This document shows positions 1-9,449 of a stretch of 48,947 bases of DNA, one piece after another (position 1 is the first letter of the stretch; each line of letters opens with the position of its first letter). This DNA comes from Flavobacteriaceae bacterium (lineage in GTDB: Bacteria > Bacteroidota > Bacteroidia > Flavobacteriales > Flavobacteriaceae), in assembly GCA_027066745.1 (NCBI GenBank), contig JAMONB010000078.1:1-48947 (forward strand), in the 5' to 3' direction. The notes below the pieces were generated by a model, which was not told the DNA's origin, made no database searches, and was given only the letters and a program-made list of their open reading frames with translations. The translations under genes and the position numbers were made by a program.

Positions 1-2
1 AC

Positions 3-2687
3 CAATTTAATAATTTTTCATTAGATGGTGCTATTTTTAATAATCCTTTCGGATTAGATGCGGCTACACCTGGAGGACAAACAGGAGCTCAACCTATATC
101 ATTAGATGCAATTGATCAAATTCAAGTGTCTTCTGCTCCTTATGATGTGACACAATCAGGATTTACAGGAGCTTCTGTAAATGCAGTAACTAAAAGCGGT
201 ACAAATACTTTTCATGGTACTGTTTATGGGTATTATAGAAATCAAGATTTGACAGGTAGTAAAGTAAAGGGAGATGATATTGCTGTACCTAAACTTGCAC
301 AAATACAATCAGGATTTAGTGTTGGCGGACCAATTGTAAAAAACAAATTATTCTTTTTTGTGAATTTTGAAAAAGATGAAAGAGAAGATTTAGGTCAAAA
401 CTGGTTACCAAATAGAGGTACAGGTGCTATTAATGAATCTAGAGTTTTATTGTCAGATTTAAATACTGTAAAAGATGGCTTAGCTTCAATAGGTTATAAT
501 ACAGGTGCTTTTGAGGGGTTTATTCATGAATCAAACTCTACAAAAGGAATTTTTAAATTAGATTGGAATATAAATGATAATAATCGTTTGGCTGTTATTT
601 ATAACTTCTTAAATGCCTCAAAAGATAAACCTGCACATCCAACAGCGTTAGGGTTTAGAGGTCCAAATGCAGCAATGTTACAGTTTGAAAATTCTGGTTA
701 TGAAATTAATAATGAATTGAAATCAATTCAAGTTGAATTGAACTCAACATTGTCTGATGAAGTCTCAAATAAGCTTCAAATTGGTTATACACATTTTAAT
801 GATTTTAGAAACTCAAAATCAGTGCCAATGCCAGCTTTTAGAATACAAGATGGTGCAGGAGGAAATTATATTGTTGTAGGACATGAACCTTTTTCTATTC
901 ATAATAAATTAGATCAAAAAGTATTTCAATTTTCTAATAATTTAAATTATTCTAAAGGAAATCACACCTATACTATTGGTTTTTCTTTTGAGAAATTTCA
1001 ATTTGACAATTCATTTAACTTAGGAACCTATGGTTATGGTTTCGGACCAGGTACTTATACGGAGTATCCTAATGGGGGGTATGTAGGTGCATTTTTTGGT
1101 GATTTCCCTGATATGAACGCTTTTAATACAGCTATTTCTAGTGGAATGTTAGCAGATGCTATGGTAAATGCACAAAGTGTTTTTGATAGTAAAAATGCAG
1201 ATGATTCTTGGGCTTTAGCAGAAACTAATGTGGGACAAATGGCTTTTTATTTACAGGATGAATGGAGTGCTTCAGATAAGTTTAAATTGACGTATGGAGT
1301 GCGTGTTGACAAGCCTTTATTTTTTGATTCTGCTGAAAAAGCACAAAATGTAATTGATAACAGTTTTGTTATTGCTGGTCAACCTTATGTGAATCCTAAT
1401 CATGTAGATCCTAACACAGGGCTAGAAGAAACAGTATTTATTGACAATACTCAACTACCAAATAATGATTGGATTGTTTCGCCTAGATTAGGTTTTAATT
1501 GGGATATTAAAGGTGATGACACCTTCCAACTTCGTGGTGGTACAGGTTACTTTACAGGTCGTTTCCCTTTTGTCTGGTTAGGGAATCAGATTTCATCACC
1601 AAATGTTTATTTCTTACAAGCTGTTGACCCTGATTATAAATTCCCACAAGTTTGGAGAACAAATATTGGAGCAGATAAAAAATTAAAAAATGGAATAATC
1701 TTAACTGCAGATGTATCTTATACTAAAGATTTAAACGGGGCACATGTACAGCATTGGGGCTTAACTAAGCCTACAGAAAGGTTATCTGGTGTTGATAATA
1801 GATCAATATATACTCCAGAAAACTCTCTTAATAGCGGATTTGGTTTAGGAGCAGGACCTTTTGTGTTTACTAACTCAGATAAAGGTAGAATATGGAATGC
1901 TTCTTTAAAAGTTCAAAAATCATTTAAAAATGGATTATACACAATGCTTGCATATAATTATTTAGATGCGAAAGATGTAAACTCTATTGAAGCAGAAATA
2001 ACAGGAGATGCTTTTGTAGGAAATCCAGTTGTAGGAAATGCTAATAATGATAATCTAGGTTTTTCTAAATATGGAGATCAACATAGAATTATTGGTGTTA
2101 TTAGTAAAAAATTCACTTATGGAAATGATAAATGGAGTACTTCTTTATCAACTTTTTTTGAATATGCAAAGGGTAACCGTTTTAATTATACCTATGGTGG
2201 TGACATTAATGGAGATGGCTCTCCGCTAAACGATTTATTATATGTACCAACGTCTAGTGAAATTAATCAAATGACTTTTACAGGAGCTGGTCAAGCAGCT
2301 GCTTTTGAAGCATATATTCAACAAGACGATTATTTAAGCGGAATAAGAGGTCAGTATGCTGAGCGTTATGCAGCTATTTCTCCTTGGAGAGGGAAATGGG
2401 ATGTGAAATTGATACAAGAAGTTAAAGTTTCTGATAATAATGCAATTCAATTTAGCATTGATTTATTAAATGCGGGTAATTTAATTAGTTCAAATTGGGG
2501 ATTAGTACAACAACCTAATAATGTTCAGCCAGTTGGAGTTAATGTTATTTCTTCAACTAATGCAAATAATATTACTACTTATAATCCTGTTTATACTTTT
2601 AATCCAGAATTAAAAGAAACATTTGGTTATGATTCTAGTTTGTTGTCTAGATGGCAAATGCAATTCGGATTAAGATATATTTTCTAA
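3..2687 (+). CDS. TonB-dependent outer-membrane receptor (Oar-like), 5' end outside the window
   Basis: The frame is open from position 3 (QFNNFSLDGAIFNNPFGLDAATPGGQTGAQPISLDAIDQIQVS), so the 126 start is internal. Plug motif PYDVTQSGFTGASVNAVTKSG; C-terminal beta-strand QFGLRYIF. Confidence 0.85.
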   Translation, partial: QFNNFSLDGAIFNNPFGLDAATPGGQTGAQPISLDAIDQIQVSSAPYDVTQSGFTGASVNAVTKSGTNTFHGTVYGYYRNQDLTGSKVKGDDIAVPKLAQIQSGFSVGGPIVKNKLFFFVNFEKDEREDLGQNWLPNRGTGAINESRVLLSDLNTVKDGLASIGYNTGAFEGFIHESNSTKGIFKLDWNINDNNRLAVIYNFLNASKDKPAHPTALGFRGPNAAMLQFENSGYEINNELKSIQVELNSTLSDEVSNKLQIGYTHFNDFRNSKSVPMPAFRIQDGAGGNYIVVGHEPFSIHNKLDQKVFQFSNNLNYSKGNHTYTIGFSFEKFQFDNSFNLGTYGYGFGPGTYTEYPNGGYVGAFFGDFPDMNAFNTAISSGMLADAMVNAQSVFDSKNADDSWALAETNVGQMAFYLQDEWSASDKFKLTYGVRVDKPLFFDSAEKAQNVIDNSFVIAGQPYVNPNHVDPNTGLEETVFIDNTQLPNNDWIVSPRLGFNWDIKGDDTFQLRGGTGYFTGRFPFVWLGNQISSPNVYFLQAVDPDYKFPQVWRTNIGADKKLKNGIILTADVSYTKDLNGAHVQHWGLTKPTERLSGVDNRSIYTPENSLNSGFGLGAGPFVFTNSDKGRIWNASLKVQKSFKNGLYTMLAYNYLDAKDVNSIEAEITGDAFVGNPVVGNANNDNLGFSKYGDQHRIIGVISKKFTYGNDKWSTSLSTFFEYAKGNRFNYTYGGDINGDGSPLNDLLYVPTSSEINQMTFTGAGQAAAFEAYIQQDDYLSGIRGQYAERYAAISPWRGKWDVKLIQEVKVSDNNAIQFSIDLLNAGNLISSNWGLVQQPNNVQPVGVNVISSTNANNITTYNPVYTFNPELKETFGYDSSLLSRWQMQFGLRYIF

Positions 2688-2710
2688 AATTTTAAGAATA
2701 AATTATTACT

Positions 2711-2739
2711 AAAACCCTGTTAATTGGCAGGGTTTTTTT
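2711..2739 (+). terminator. Intrinsic terminator after the TonB receptor
   Basis: AAAACCCTG-8 nt-CAGGGTTTT followed by a T run. Confidence 0.85.
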
Positions 2740-2841
2740 ATTTTTGGAAATGAAACTAGCCAAATAAAAATTTAGTATTGCAATAGAAGAACTACTATTT
2801 TTTTGTTTTGTAAGTTCCATTCGACCAATAATATTAAGCAG

Positions 2842-3312
2842 ATGAAGTACAAACAATTATCAAAAGAACAATTTGAAGCCCTTCATGAAGAATTTGCAAA
2901 GTTTCTAGCTTTACAACAAGTCGATGTTGAAGAATGGAATGCTATAAAAAAAAACAAGCCTGAAGTTGCAGACCAAGAATTAAACCTGTTTAGTGATGTG
3001 GTTTGGGATGATGTATTGAATAAAACAAAATATTTAGAACATTTTTCTGAGCAAAATATTAATTTATTTAAATGTGAAGCCTCAGAAATTTATAGAATAG
3101 TAGTTCAAATTAATAAACCAAAATTTAGCTTCTTTAATGATAAAGATTATAAATGGTTTATTGACAATACACAGGATAAGTCTATTACTTTTTTTAAAGG
3201 CAAAAAAAAATATGATAAGGATAGGAATGAAGAACTATTTGATCTTATCCAAAAAGGGAGTGTAATTGCTGACGGAAGGCTATACAATAGTCTAATGAAA
3301 TTAATCAACTAG
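2842..3312 (+). CDS. Conserved Flavobacteriaceae hypothetical protein (DUF6495-like)
   Basis: MKYKQLSKEQFEALHEEFAKFLA N-terminus recalled as typical of this family; ATG at 2842 preferred over TTG at 2803. Confidence 0.65.
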   Translation: MKYKQLSKEQFEALHEEFAKFLALQQVDVEEWNAIKKNKPEVADQELNLFSDVVWDDVLNKTKYLEHFSEQNINLFKCEASEIYRIVVQINKPKFSFFNDKDYKWFIDNTQDKSITFFKGKKKYDKDRNEELFDLIQKGSVIADGRLYNSLMKLIN

Positions 3313-3341
3313 AAATTTTTTAATAATTAAATTTTATACAA

Positions 3342-3779
3342 ATGGTAAAGAAAATAGTTAAATTAGTAGTGCTATTATTTATTTTGATACAATTTTATAG
3401 ACCTAGCAAAAATATTTCTACAGAGGTTTCAGCAGCAGATTTTTTAAAAATTACAAATGCAAATGAATCTGTGAGTACTATGTTTAAAACCTCATGTTAT
3501 GATTGTCATTCTAACAATACAGAATACCCTTGGTATGCTGAGGTAGCACCAATTTCTTGGATGGTTGCTCACCATGTTGATGAAGGAAAAGAAGAACTAA
3601 ATTTTTCTGAGTGGAATACATTCTCTCAAAAACGGAAGGAGAAAAAATTAGATGAAATGATTGAGATGTTAGAAGAAAGAGAGATGCCTTTGAAAACGTA
3701 TTTACCTATGCACTCTGAGGCTAAATTATCAGATGCTCAAAATCAAAAGTTAATTGATTGGATTAAAAGTTTGCAGTAG
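3342..3779 (+). CDS. Heme-binding domain protein (Haem_bd type c-cytochrome)
   Basis: N-terminal anchor, CYDCH motif, YPWY...APISW...H..EG..ELNFSEW, EMPL..Y..MH. Confidence 0.85.
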   Translation: MVKKIVKLVVLLFILIQFYRPSKNISTEVSAADFLKITNANESVSTMFKTSCYDCHSNNTEYPWYAEVAPISWMVAHHVDEGKEELNFSEWNTFSQKRKEKKLDEMIEMLEEREMPLKTYLPMHSEAKLSDAQNQKLIDWIKSLQ

Positions 3780-3844
3780 GTTTTAAGAATAATTAAATCT
3801 AATTCACGCTCTTGCCATAAAATTTTAGCAGAATTCTATATGAT

Positions 3845-4432
3845 TTAAAGCTTTAGGGCAGTTTCAGTCTGTATTGCCTTAATCACTTTTCTACCTCTAT
3901 TCACCAAGCCTATGCTACCAGAGGGAATGTTCTTTTCTATTATTAATGCCAATTCAGGATGGACCCAATCATGTTTTGTTTTTGTACCCAATAAATATAA
4001 GGTACGCATAGTATAAGCCTGTATTGCAGTTGGTTGATTGTCTATCATCCAATCAAAACCAGATGCAATAATTTTTTCTTCATGAAGATTAGAAATCATA
4101 TTTTTAAAATAGATGTTTTTATTTGAGAAATATTCAAGCATTAGTAATTCGCAAATTTTTGCACATGCCCTAATACTTGCTGCTTGTTTTAAAAGCTTTA
4201 GCATTTCACAAAATTCATTTAAATGCGGAATAATAATAGCTATTTTTTTTTTGCACGTAAGTTCTAAAATTCGAGTAGAGAAAGTGGAGTTTTTATCATC
4301 GACTTGTTGTGCGTTTTCTAATAAAATAGTTAGGTAAGAAGGGTTTTTTAAACAAGAATTTATCAATAGCTTTCTAAGCTCTAATTTAGTTGTTCCTTTA
4401 TTAAGTGTTTCAATAAATAGTGCTTTATCCAT
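3845..4432 (-). CDS. Conserved hypothetical helical-repeat protein
   Basis: ORF with RACAKICE, FDWMI, AYTMRTLY, WVHPEL motifs; second ATG (4432) overlaps the cobB stop, suggesting coupling. Confidence 0.6.
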   Translation of the reverse strand: MDKALFIETLNKGTTKLELRKLLINSCLKNPSYLTILLENAQQVDDKNSTFSTRILELTCKKKIAIIIPHLNEFCEMLKLLKQAASIRACAKICELLMLEYFSNKNIYFKNMISNLHEEKIIASGFDWMIDNQPTAIQAYTMRTLYLLGTKTKHDWVHPELALIIEKNIPSGSIGLVNRGRKVIKAIQTETALKL

Positions 4433-5111
4433 GTAAATAGTTGTCAATTAATAACTGAACTCCAGTAGTTGCTTTTTCTGGAATGATAGTTAAATTGTTA
4501 AAATCGTGTTGAAGTATAGATGGTTTTGGGTCAATAAAAAACAGGGGAGAGCTTACCTTTACATAGTTGACCAAACTTGCTGCTGGGTAAACTTGCATTG
4601 ATGTTCCAATAATAACTAAAATATCAGCAGTACTTGTTATTTTTACAGCTTTTTCTAGTAAAGGTACATCTTCACCAAACCATACAATATGAGGTCGTAA
4701 TTGGCTTCCTTTTTCACAGTTATCACCAAGAGATATGTCTTCCATCCTTTTATAAACTAGATTAGAATCTAAGGTACTTCTTGCTTTTAATAATTCTCCA
4801 TGTAAATGGATGATTTTAGAGCTTCCGGCTCTTTCATGTAAGTCGTCTACATTTTGAGTAATAATGGTAATATTAAATTTATGTTCTAAATTAGCTAAAG
4901 CAATATGAGCAGCATTAGGTTGTACGTCTAATAATTGTCTTCTGCGTTGATTGTAAAAGTCTAAGACCAATTCAGGGTTATTAGCAAAGCCTCCAGGTGA
5001 TGCTACTTCCATAATATCATGCCCTTCCCAAAGTCCGCCTGCATCTCTAAATGTATTGATGCCACTTTCGGCACTCATTCCTGCACCAGTAAGCACAACA
5101 ATATTTTTCAT
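4425..5111 (-). CDS. cobB: NAD-dependent protein deacylase, Sir2/CobB family
   Basis: LTGAGMSAESG..TFRD, ITQNVDDLHERAG, HLHG, LRPHIVWFGE, GTS.QVYPAA. Confidence 0.92.
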   Translation of the reverse strand: MKNIVVLTGAGMSAESGINTFRDAGGLWEGHDIMEVASPGGFANNPELVLDFYNQRRRQLLDVQPNAAHIALANLEHKFNITIITQNVDDLHERAGSSKIIHLHGELLKARSTLDSNLVYKRMEDISLGDNCEKGSQLRPHIVWFGEDVPLLEKAVKITSTADILVIIGTSMQVYPAASLVNYVKVSSPLFFIDPKPSILQHDFNNLTIIPEKATTGVQLLIDNYLHG

Positions 5112-5206
5112 ATAGTTAATTTATTAAGATATTTATATTTTACTAAATCTCTCGATAAGGGTTTTAAAATTTACACTAATTTAGTTGATATTTTTAAAAC
5201 AAAAAA

Positions 5207-5884
5207 ATGACAAATACGAATATGGAGTTGCTCAACTATTTACAGTCCTTTTTAACTGAGAATAGAAAAGCTACTTTTGAAAAAATTTTGGAACAAAGAA
5301 CTCGCCATTTGACTGTAGTTTTAGAAGATATTTATCAAAAGCACAATACCAGTGCGGTGGTTAGAAATTGTGATATTTTTGGTATACAAGACCTTCATAT
5401 TATTGAAAATAAATACAATAGTTATGTGTCAAATCAAGTAGCAAAAGGTGCTCAAAAATGGATAGATTTTTACGAATACAATCAAGAAGAATATAACACC
5501 AAAGACTGTATCAATACCTTGCGTGCTAAAGGCTATCAGATTATTGCAACTACACCACATAATGAGTCGTGTATGCTACAAGATTTTGATATTACAAAAA
5601 AGTCAGCTTTGGTATTTGGTGTAGAAAAAGAAGGGGTTTCAGATTATATTATAAATCAAGCAGATGGTTATTTAAAAATACCCATGGTTGGTTTTACAGA
5701 AAGTTTGAATATATCAGTAGCTGTAGCTATCATTTTACAAGATTTGACTACAAGGTTAAAAAAGTCAGGCGTGAATTGGCAATTATCCAATCAAGAAAAA
5801 GATGAAAAACGATTAGATTGGGCAAAAAAGACAATTAATAATGTAGATGAGATTATAGAAAGATACGTTAGTATTCATGGGTAA
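5207..5884 (+). CDS. TrmH/SpoU family RNA 2'-O-methyltransferase
   Basis: VVLEDIYQKHNTSAVVR, FGVEKEG, IPMVGFTESLNISVA SPOUT motifs. Confidence 0.9.
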   Translation: MTNTNMELLNYLQSFLTENRKATFEKILEQRTRHLTVVLEDIYQKHNTSAVVRNCDIFGIQDLHIIENKYNSYVSNQVAKGAQKWIDFYEYNQEEYNTKDCINTLRAKGYQIIATTPHNESCMLQDFDITKKSALVFGVEKEGVSDYIINQADGYLKIPMVGFTESLNISVAVAIILQDLTTRLKKSGVNWQLSNQEKDEKRLDWAKKTINNVDEIIERYVSIHG

Positions 5885-5957
5885 TAGAAATTTTTAGTTG
5901 TGAAATAAAACATCTAAGCTTTACCTTTCCTTGATTGTGGTAAATTTTTGAGTGAGG

Positions 5958-6644
5958 CTAAAATCCTTGAGAGATATTATGCAATAGAGGTGAATCAATA
6001 ATTTTAATTTTTTTACCTCTTAATTCTATCAGTCCTTTTTTCTTAAATTCAGAAAGTAAGCGGATTGCAGACTCGGTTGCAGTACCAATAACGCTAGACA
6101 ACTCTTCTCTAGTCAATATAATGTCTAAATATCCTTCAGCATCAATACCAAAAGTGTCTTTCAGAAAAATAAGTGTATCTGCCAATCTTTCTTTTACATG
6201 TTTTTGAGCCATATTAGTAATAATCATATTGGCATCACGTAAATCATGACAAACTGTTTTTGTCATTTCCATAGAGAATTTGGGGTTTGTTTTCATTGCC
6301 TCAAGAACAGTGTTTTTTGAAATGTAACAGGTTTTTAAATCTTTAAGAACGGTAGCGGTTAACGTAACAGGTTCCTCACTTAAAACTGAGCGATAGCCAA
6401 GCATATCACCTTTTTTAATAAATTTCACAATCTGCTCTTTGCCATTTTCACTAAGTCTAGACATTTTGCAAATCCCTTCTTTAATACAGTAAACACCATT
6501 TAAAATATTACCTTCTGAAAATAAAACATCTCCTTTCTTAAAATCAATAGTATCTTTGTGATTAGAAAAATTAAGAATCTCTTCTTTGGATAAAGATTTT
6601 ATACTATTCAGTTCACGTAATATGCAGAGTTCACAATTACTCAT
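5958..6644 (-). CDS. Crp/Fnr family transcriptional regulator, probable O2 sensor
   Basis: cNMP-binding fold (GDMLGYRS), HTH LTREELSSVIGTATESAIRLLSEF, N-terminal CxxC plus internal Cys; divergent from the cco cluster. Confidence 0.9.
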   Translation of the reverse strand: MSNCELCILRELNSIKSLSKEEILNFSNHKDTIDFKKGDVLFSEGNILNGVYCIKEGICKMSRLSENGKEQIVKFIKKGDMLGYRSVLSEEPVTLTATVLKDLKTCYISKNTVLEAMKTNPKFSMEMTKTVCHDLRDANMIITNMAQKHVKERLADTLIFLKDTFGIDAEGYLDIILTREELSSVIGTATESAIRLLSEFKKKGLIELRGKKIKIIDSPLLHNISQGF

Positions 6645-6683
6645 GTTACAGGATTATTTTAGTATCCCAAAGATACAAAATTT

Positions 6684-6697
6684 ATGATAATTATCAT
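6684..6697. promoter_or_regulatory. Fnr-type box ATGATAATTATCAT between the regulator and ccoI
   Basis: Core of a perfect 20-bp palindrome (6681-6700); 8 nt from the regulator's -7 element (CAAAGATA on + at 6668-6675), a likely autorepression position. Confidence 0.75.
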
Positions 6698-6739
6698 AAA
6701 AAATTAATTTATTAATAGCGTTTTTTGGAGAAATAAAAT

Positions 6740-9115
6740 ATGTCAAAAGAAACCTGTTATCATTGTGGTTTAGATTGCCTAGACAAGCAATATCAGATTG
6801 AAGATAAATGTTTTTGTTGTAATGGTTGTAAAACAGTTTATGAAATTCTAAATCAAAATGAATTAGGATGCTATTACGATTTTGAACAAAGTCCAGGTTC
6901 TATTCCTAAAGAAATAAAAGGAAAATTCAATTATTTAAATAACCTTGATATTGCTGAAAAATTACTCGAATTTAATGATAAAGAAACTTCGGTAGTTTCC
7001 TTTTATGTACCAAATATGCACTGTAGTTCGTGTATTTGGGTATTGGAAAATTTATCAAAACTACATAGTGGTATTGTTGCTTCATCTGTTAATTTTCCGA
7101 AAAAGGAGATTCGAATAACCTTCAAAAATGAGAAAATAGCACTTAAAAGTGTTGTCGAATTGATTACTTCTATTGGTTATGAACCTTATATCAGTCTAGA
7201 AGATACAGAAAGGGGTAAACATAAATCTAATAAGACCCTAATTTATCAAATTGCTATTGCTGGATTTGCTTTTGGGAATGTAATGTTACTTTCATTTCCT
7301 GAATATTTTCAAGATGACGGATTTTGGCTAGATAAGTACAAACATTTATTTCGCTTTTTAATGTTTGCTTTTTCTGTTCCTGTAGTTGTTTATTCAGCTA
7401 AAGATTATTTTATTTCTGCATATAAAGGATTAAAGCATAAAATACTAAATATAGATGTGCCAATTGTATTGGGAATATCTGTTCTGTTTATCCGTAGCTC
7501 GATTGAGATTTTTTTTGATCTAGGGCAAGGTTTTTTTGACAGTCTAACTGGTTTGGTTTTCTTTTTATTATTAGGACGGGTTTTTCAACAAAGAACTTAC
7601 AGTTATTTATCTTTTGAACGTGATTATAAATCTTATTTTCCTATTGCCGTCACCAAAATTAATAGGGAAGAAGGTAAAGAAGAGAATATTGAAGTGTTTA
7701 AAGTTAAAAAAGGTGATCGATTATTGATACGAAATGAGGAATTGATTCCTGTAGATGGAATTTTAATCAATGGTAACGCCAATATAGATTATAGTTTTGT
7801 TACAGGAGAATCAGTTCCTGTTTTAAAAAAATCAGGAGACAAACTTTTTGCTGGAGGAAAACAACTTTCTGGGGCTATTGAAATGGATGTGCTACAATCT
7901 GTTCAACAAAGTTATTTGACACAATTATGGTCTAATGATGCTTTTTCGAAAGATAGTAATTTCGGAATAAAAAACCTAGTAGACACCTTAAGTAAATACT
8001 TTACCTATATTATATTAGTCATTGCTCTATTTGCAGGGTTATTTTGGTTCTTTAGAGATGAAAACCTTGTTTTTCATGTGGTGTCATCTGTTTTGATTAT
8101 TGCTTGTCCATGTGCCTTGGCACTTTCGGCACCTTTTGCCTTAGGGAATGTATTGCGAGTATTCGGCAAGAGAAAATTCTATTTGAAAAATGCTGAAGGA
8201 ATAGAACAAGTTGCTAGAATTGACACTATTATTTTTGATAAAACAGGAACCATAACTACAAATAAGGATACTTCTATTAATTTTATAGGAGGTGAACTAA
8301 CTTTAGAGGAACAGCAGGGTGTTCGAAATTTAATTCGCTCATCAAATCATCCACTAAACAGGATGTTATATGCGTTTTTACCGAATTCAAAAGAGGTGCC
8401 TGTAATTAATTTTAGAGAAATTTTGGGTAAAGGTATTCAAGGAGAATTAAACAAAATTAATTATGTTTTAGGTTCAGCAAGTTTTATAAATACGAGTACA
8501 TCTACTATAAATGAGACTGCAATCTATGTTTCTATTAATGGCGTAGTTAGAGGGAGGTATATTTTTAAAAACTCATATAGAAAAGGATTGGATACCGTAT
8601 TTAAAACATTGTCTAGTAGGTATAATTTAATTATTTTATCGGGTGATAACGAAGGTGAAAAAGAATACCTAGAAAAAGTACTACCTAAAGGAACAGTATT
8701 TGTTTTTAATCAAAAACCTGAAAATAAATTAGAGTTTATCAAGCAAAAACAAGCTAAAGGAAATTGTGTGCTGATGATTGGAGATGGTTTAAATGATGCT
8801 GGTGCTTTAGCACAAAGTAATTTTGGAATTGCAATCTCAGAAAATACCAATGTTTTTTCACCAGCTTGTGATGCTATTTTAGATGCTACTCAATTTGATA
8901 AACTACCTAATTTCTTGAAATTAACCGAGCAAACCATTACAATAATTAAGGCAAGTTTTGTATTGTCATTTTTATATAATATTATAGGGATATATTTTGC
9001 AGTAACGGGTCAGTTATCACCAATAATTGCAGCAATTTTAATGCCATTGAGCTCCATTTCAGTTGTTGTATTTGTTACCCTTTTGACTAACTTTATAACG
9101 AATAAACGAAAATAG
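6740..9115 (+). CDS. ccoI: Cu-translocating P1B-type ATPase CcoI/FixI
   Basis: CYHC, FCCNGC, MHCSSC, TGES, CPC, DKTGT, GDGLND, YN and MPLSS motifs. Confidence 0.92.
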   Translation: MSKETCYHCGLDCLDKQYQIEDKCFCCNGCKTVYEILNQNELGCYYDFEQSPGSIPKEIKGKFNYLNNLDIAEKLLEFNDKETSVVSFYVPNMHCSSCIWVLENLSKLHSGIVASSVNFPKKEIRITFKNEKIALKSVVELITSIGYEPYISLEDTERGKHKSNKTLIYQIAIAGFAFGNVMLLSFPEYFQDDGFWLDKYKHLFRFLMFAFSVPVVVYSAKDYFISAYKGLKHKILNIDVPIVLGISVLFIRSSIEIFFDLGQGFFDSLTGLVFFLLLGRVFQQRTYSYLSFERDYKSYFPIAVTKINREEGKEENIEVFKVKKGDRLLIRNEELIPVDGILINGNANIDYSFVTGESVPVLKKSGDKLFAGGKQLSGAIEMDVLQSVQQSYLTQLWSNDAFSKDSNFGIKNLVDTLSKYFTYIILVIALFAGLFWFFRDENLVFHVVSSVLIIACPCALALSAPFALGNVLRVFGKRKFYLKNAEGIEQVARIDTIIFDKTGTITTNKDTSINFIGGELTLEEQQGVRNLIRSSNHPLNRMLYAFLPNSKEVPVINFREILGKGIQGELNKINYVLGSASFINTSTSTINETAIYVSINGVVRGRYIFKNSYRKGLDTVFKTLSSRYNLIILSGDNEGEKEYLEKVLPKGTVFVFNQKPENKLEFIKQKQAKGNCVLMIGDGLNDAGALAQSNFGIAISENTNVFSPACDAILDATQFDKLPNFLKLTEQTITIIKASFVLSFLYNIIGIYFAVTGQLSPIIAAILMPLSSISVVVFVTLLTNFITNKRK

Positions 9116-9200
9116 ATTTGATTACAGTATCTAGAAAATAGATAAATAGATTTAATGTTTGTTAATAAAGTTAATGAAATGTTAAAAACAAAAGCAAAAC

Positions 9201-9214
9201 ATGATAAATGTCAT
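9201..9214 (+). promoter_or_regulatory. Fnr-type box ATGATAAATGTCAT of the ccoS-ccoNOQP promoter
   Basis: Sits within an 18-bp-arm inverted repeat (9187-9228); TACATTTG -7 element at 9238-9245 (23-nt gap). Confidence 0.78.
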
Positions 9215-9263
9215 GTTTTGCTTTTGTTCAAATTTAGTACATTTGTGGTTGATAAACCATCGA

Positions 9264-9428
9264 ATGATAGTAATTTATTTAATGATAGGCGTAAGTATTG
9301 TAATTGCAGTACTCTTTTTGATTCTTTTTTTGAAATCAGTTAAATCGGGTCAATATGAAGATATGTATACACCATCAGTAAGAATGTTATTTGATGATGA
9401 ATTAATAGAAGAGAATAAAGAAAATTAA
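9264..9428 (+). CDS. ccoS: cbb3 oxidase maturation protein CcoS
   Basis: TM helix then SVKSGQYEDMYTPSVRML; ATG 9264 lies downstream of the promoter. Confidence 0.9.
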   Translation: MIVIYLMIGVSIVIAVLFLILFLKSVKSGQYEDMYTPSVRMLFDDELIEENKEN

Positions 9429-9449
9429 CTAAAATCAATCTAATTATTT

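Noticed and set aside
3845-4432. Calling this ORF adenylosuccinate lyase, a label I recall being attached to similar flavobacterial proteins
   Set aside because: Too short and lacks the SSxMPxKxNP fumarase/lyase signature
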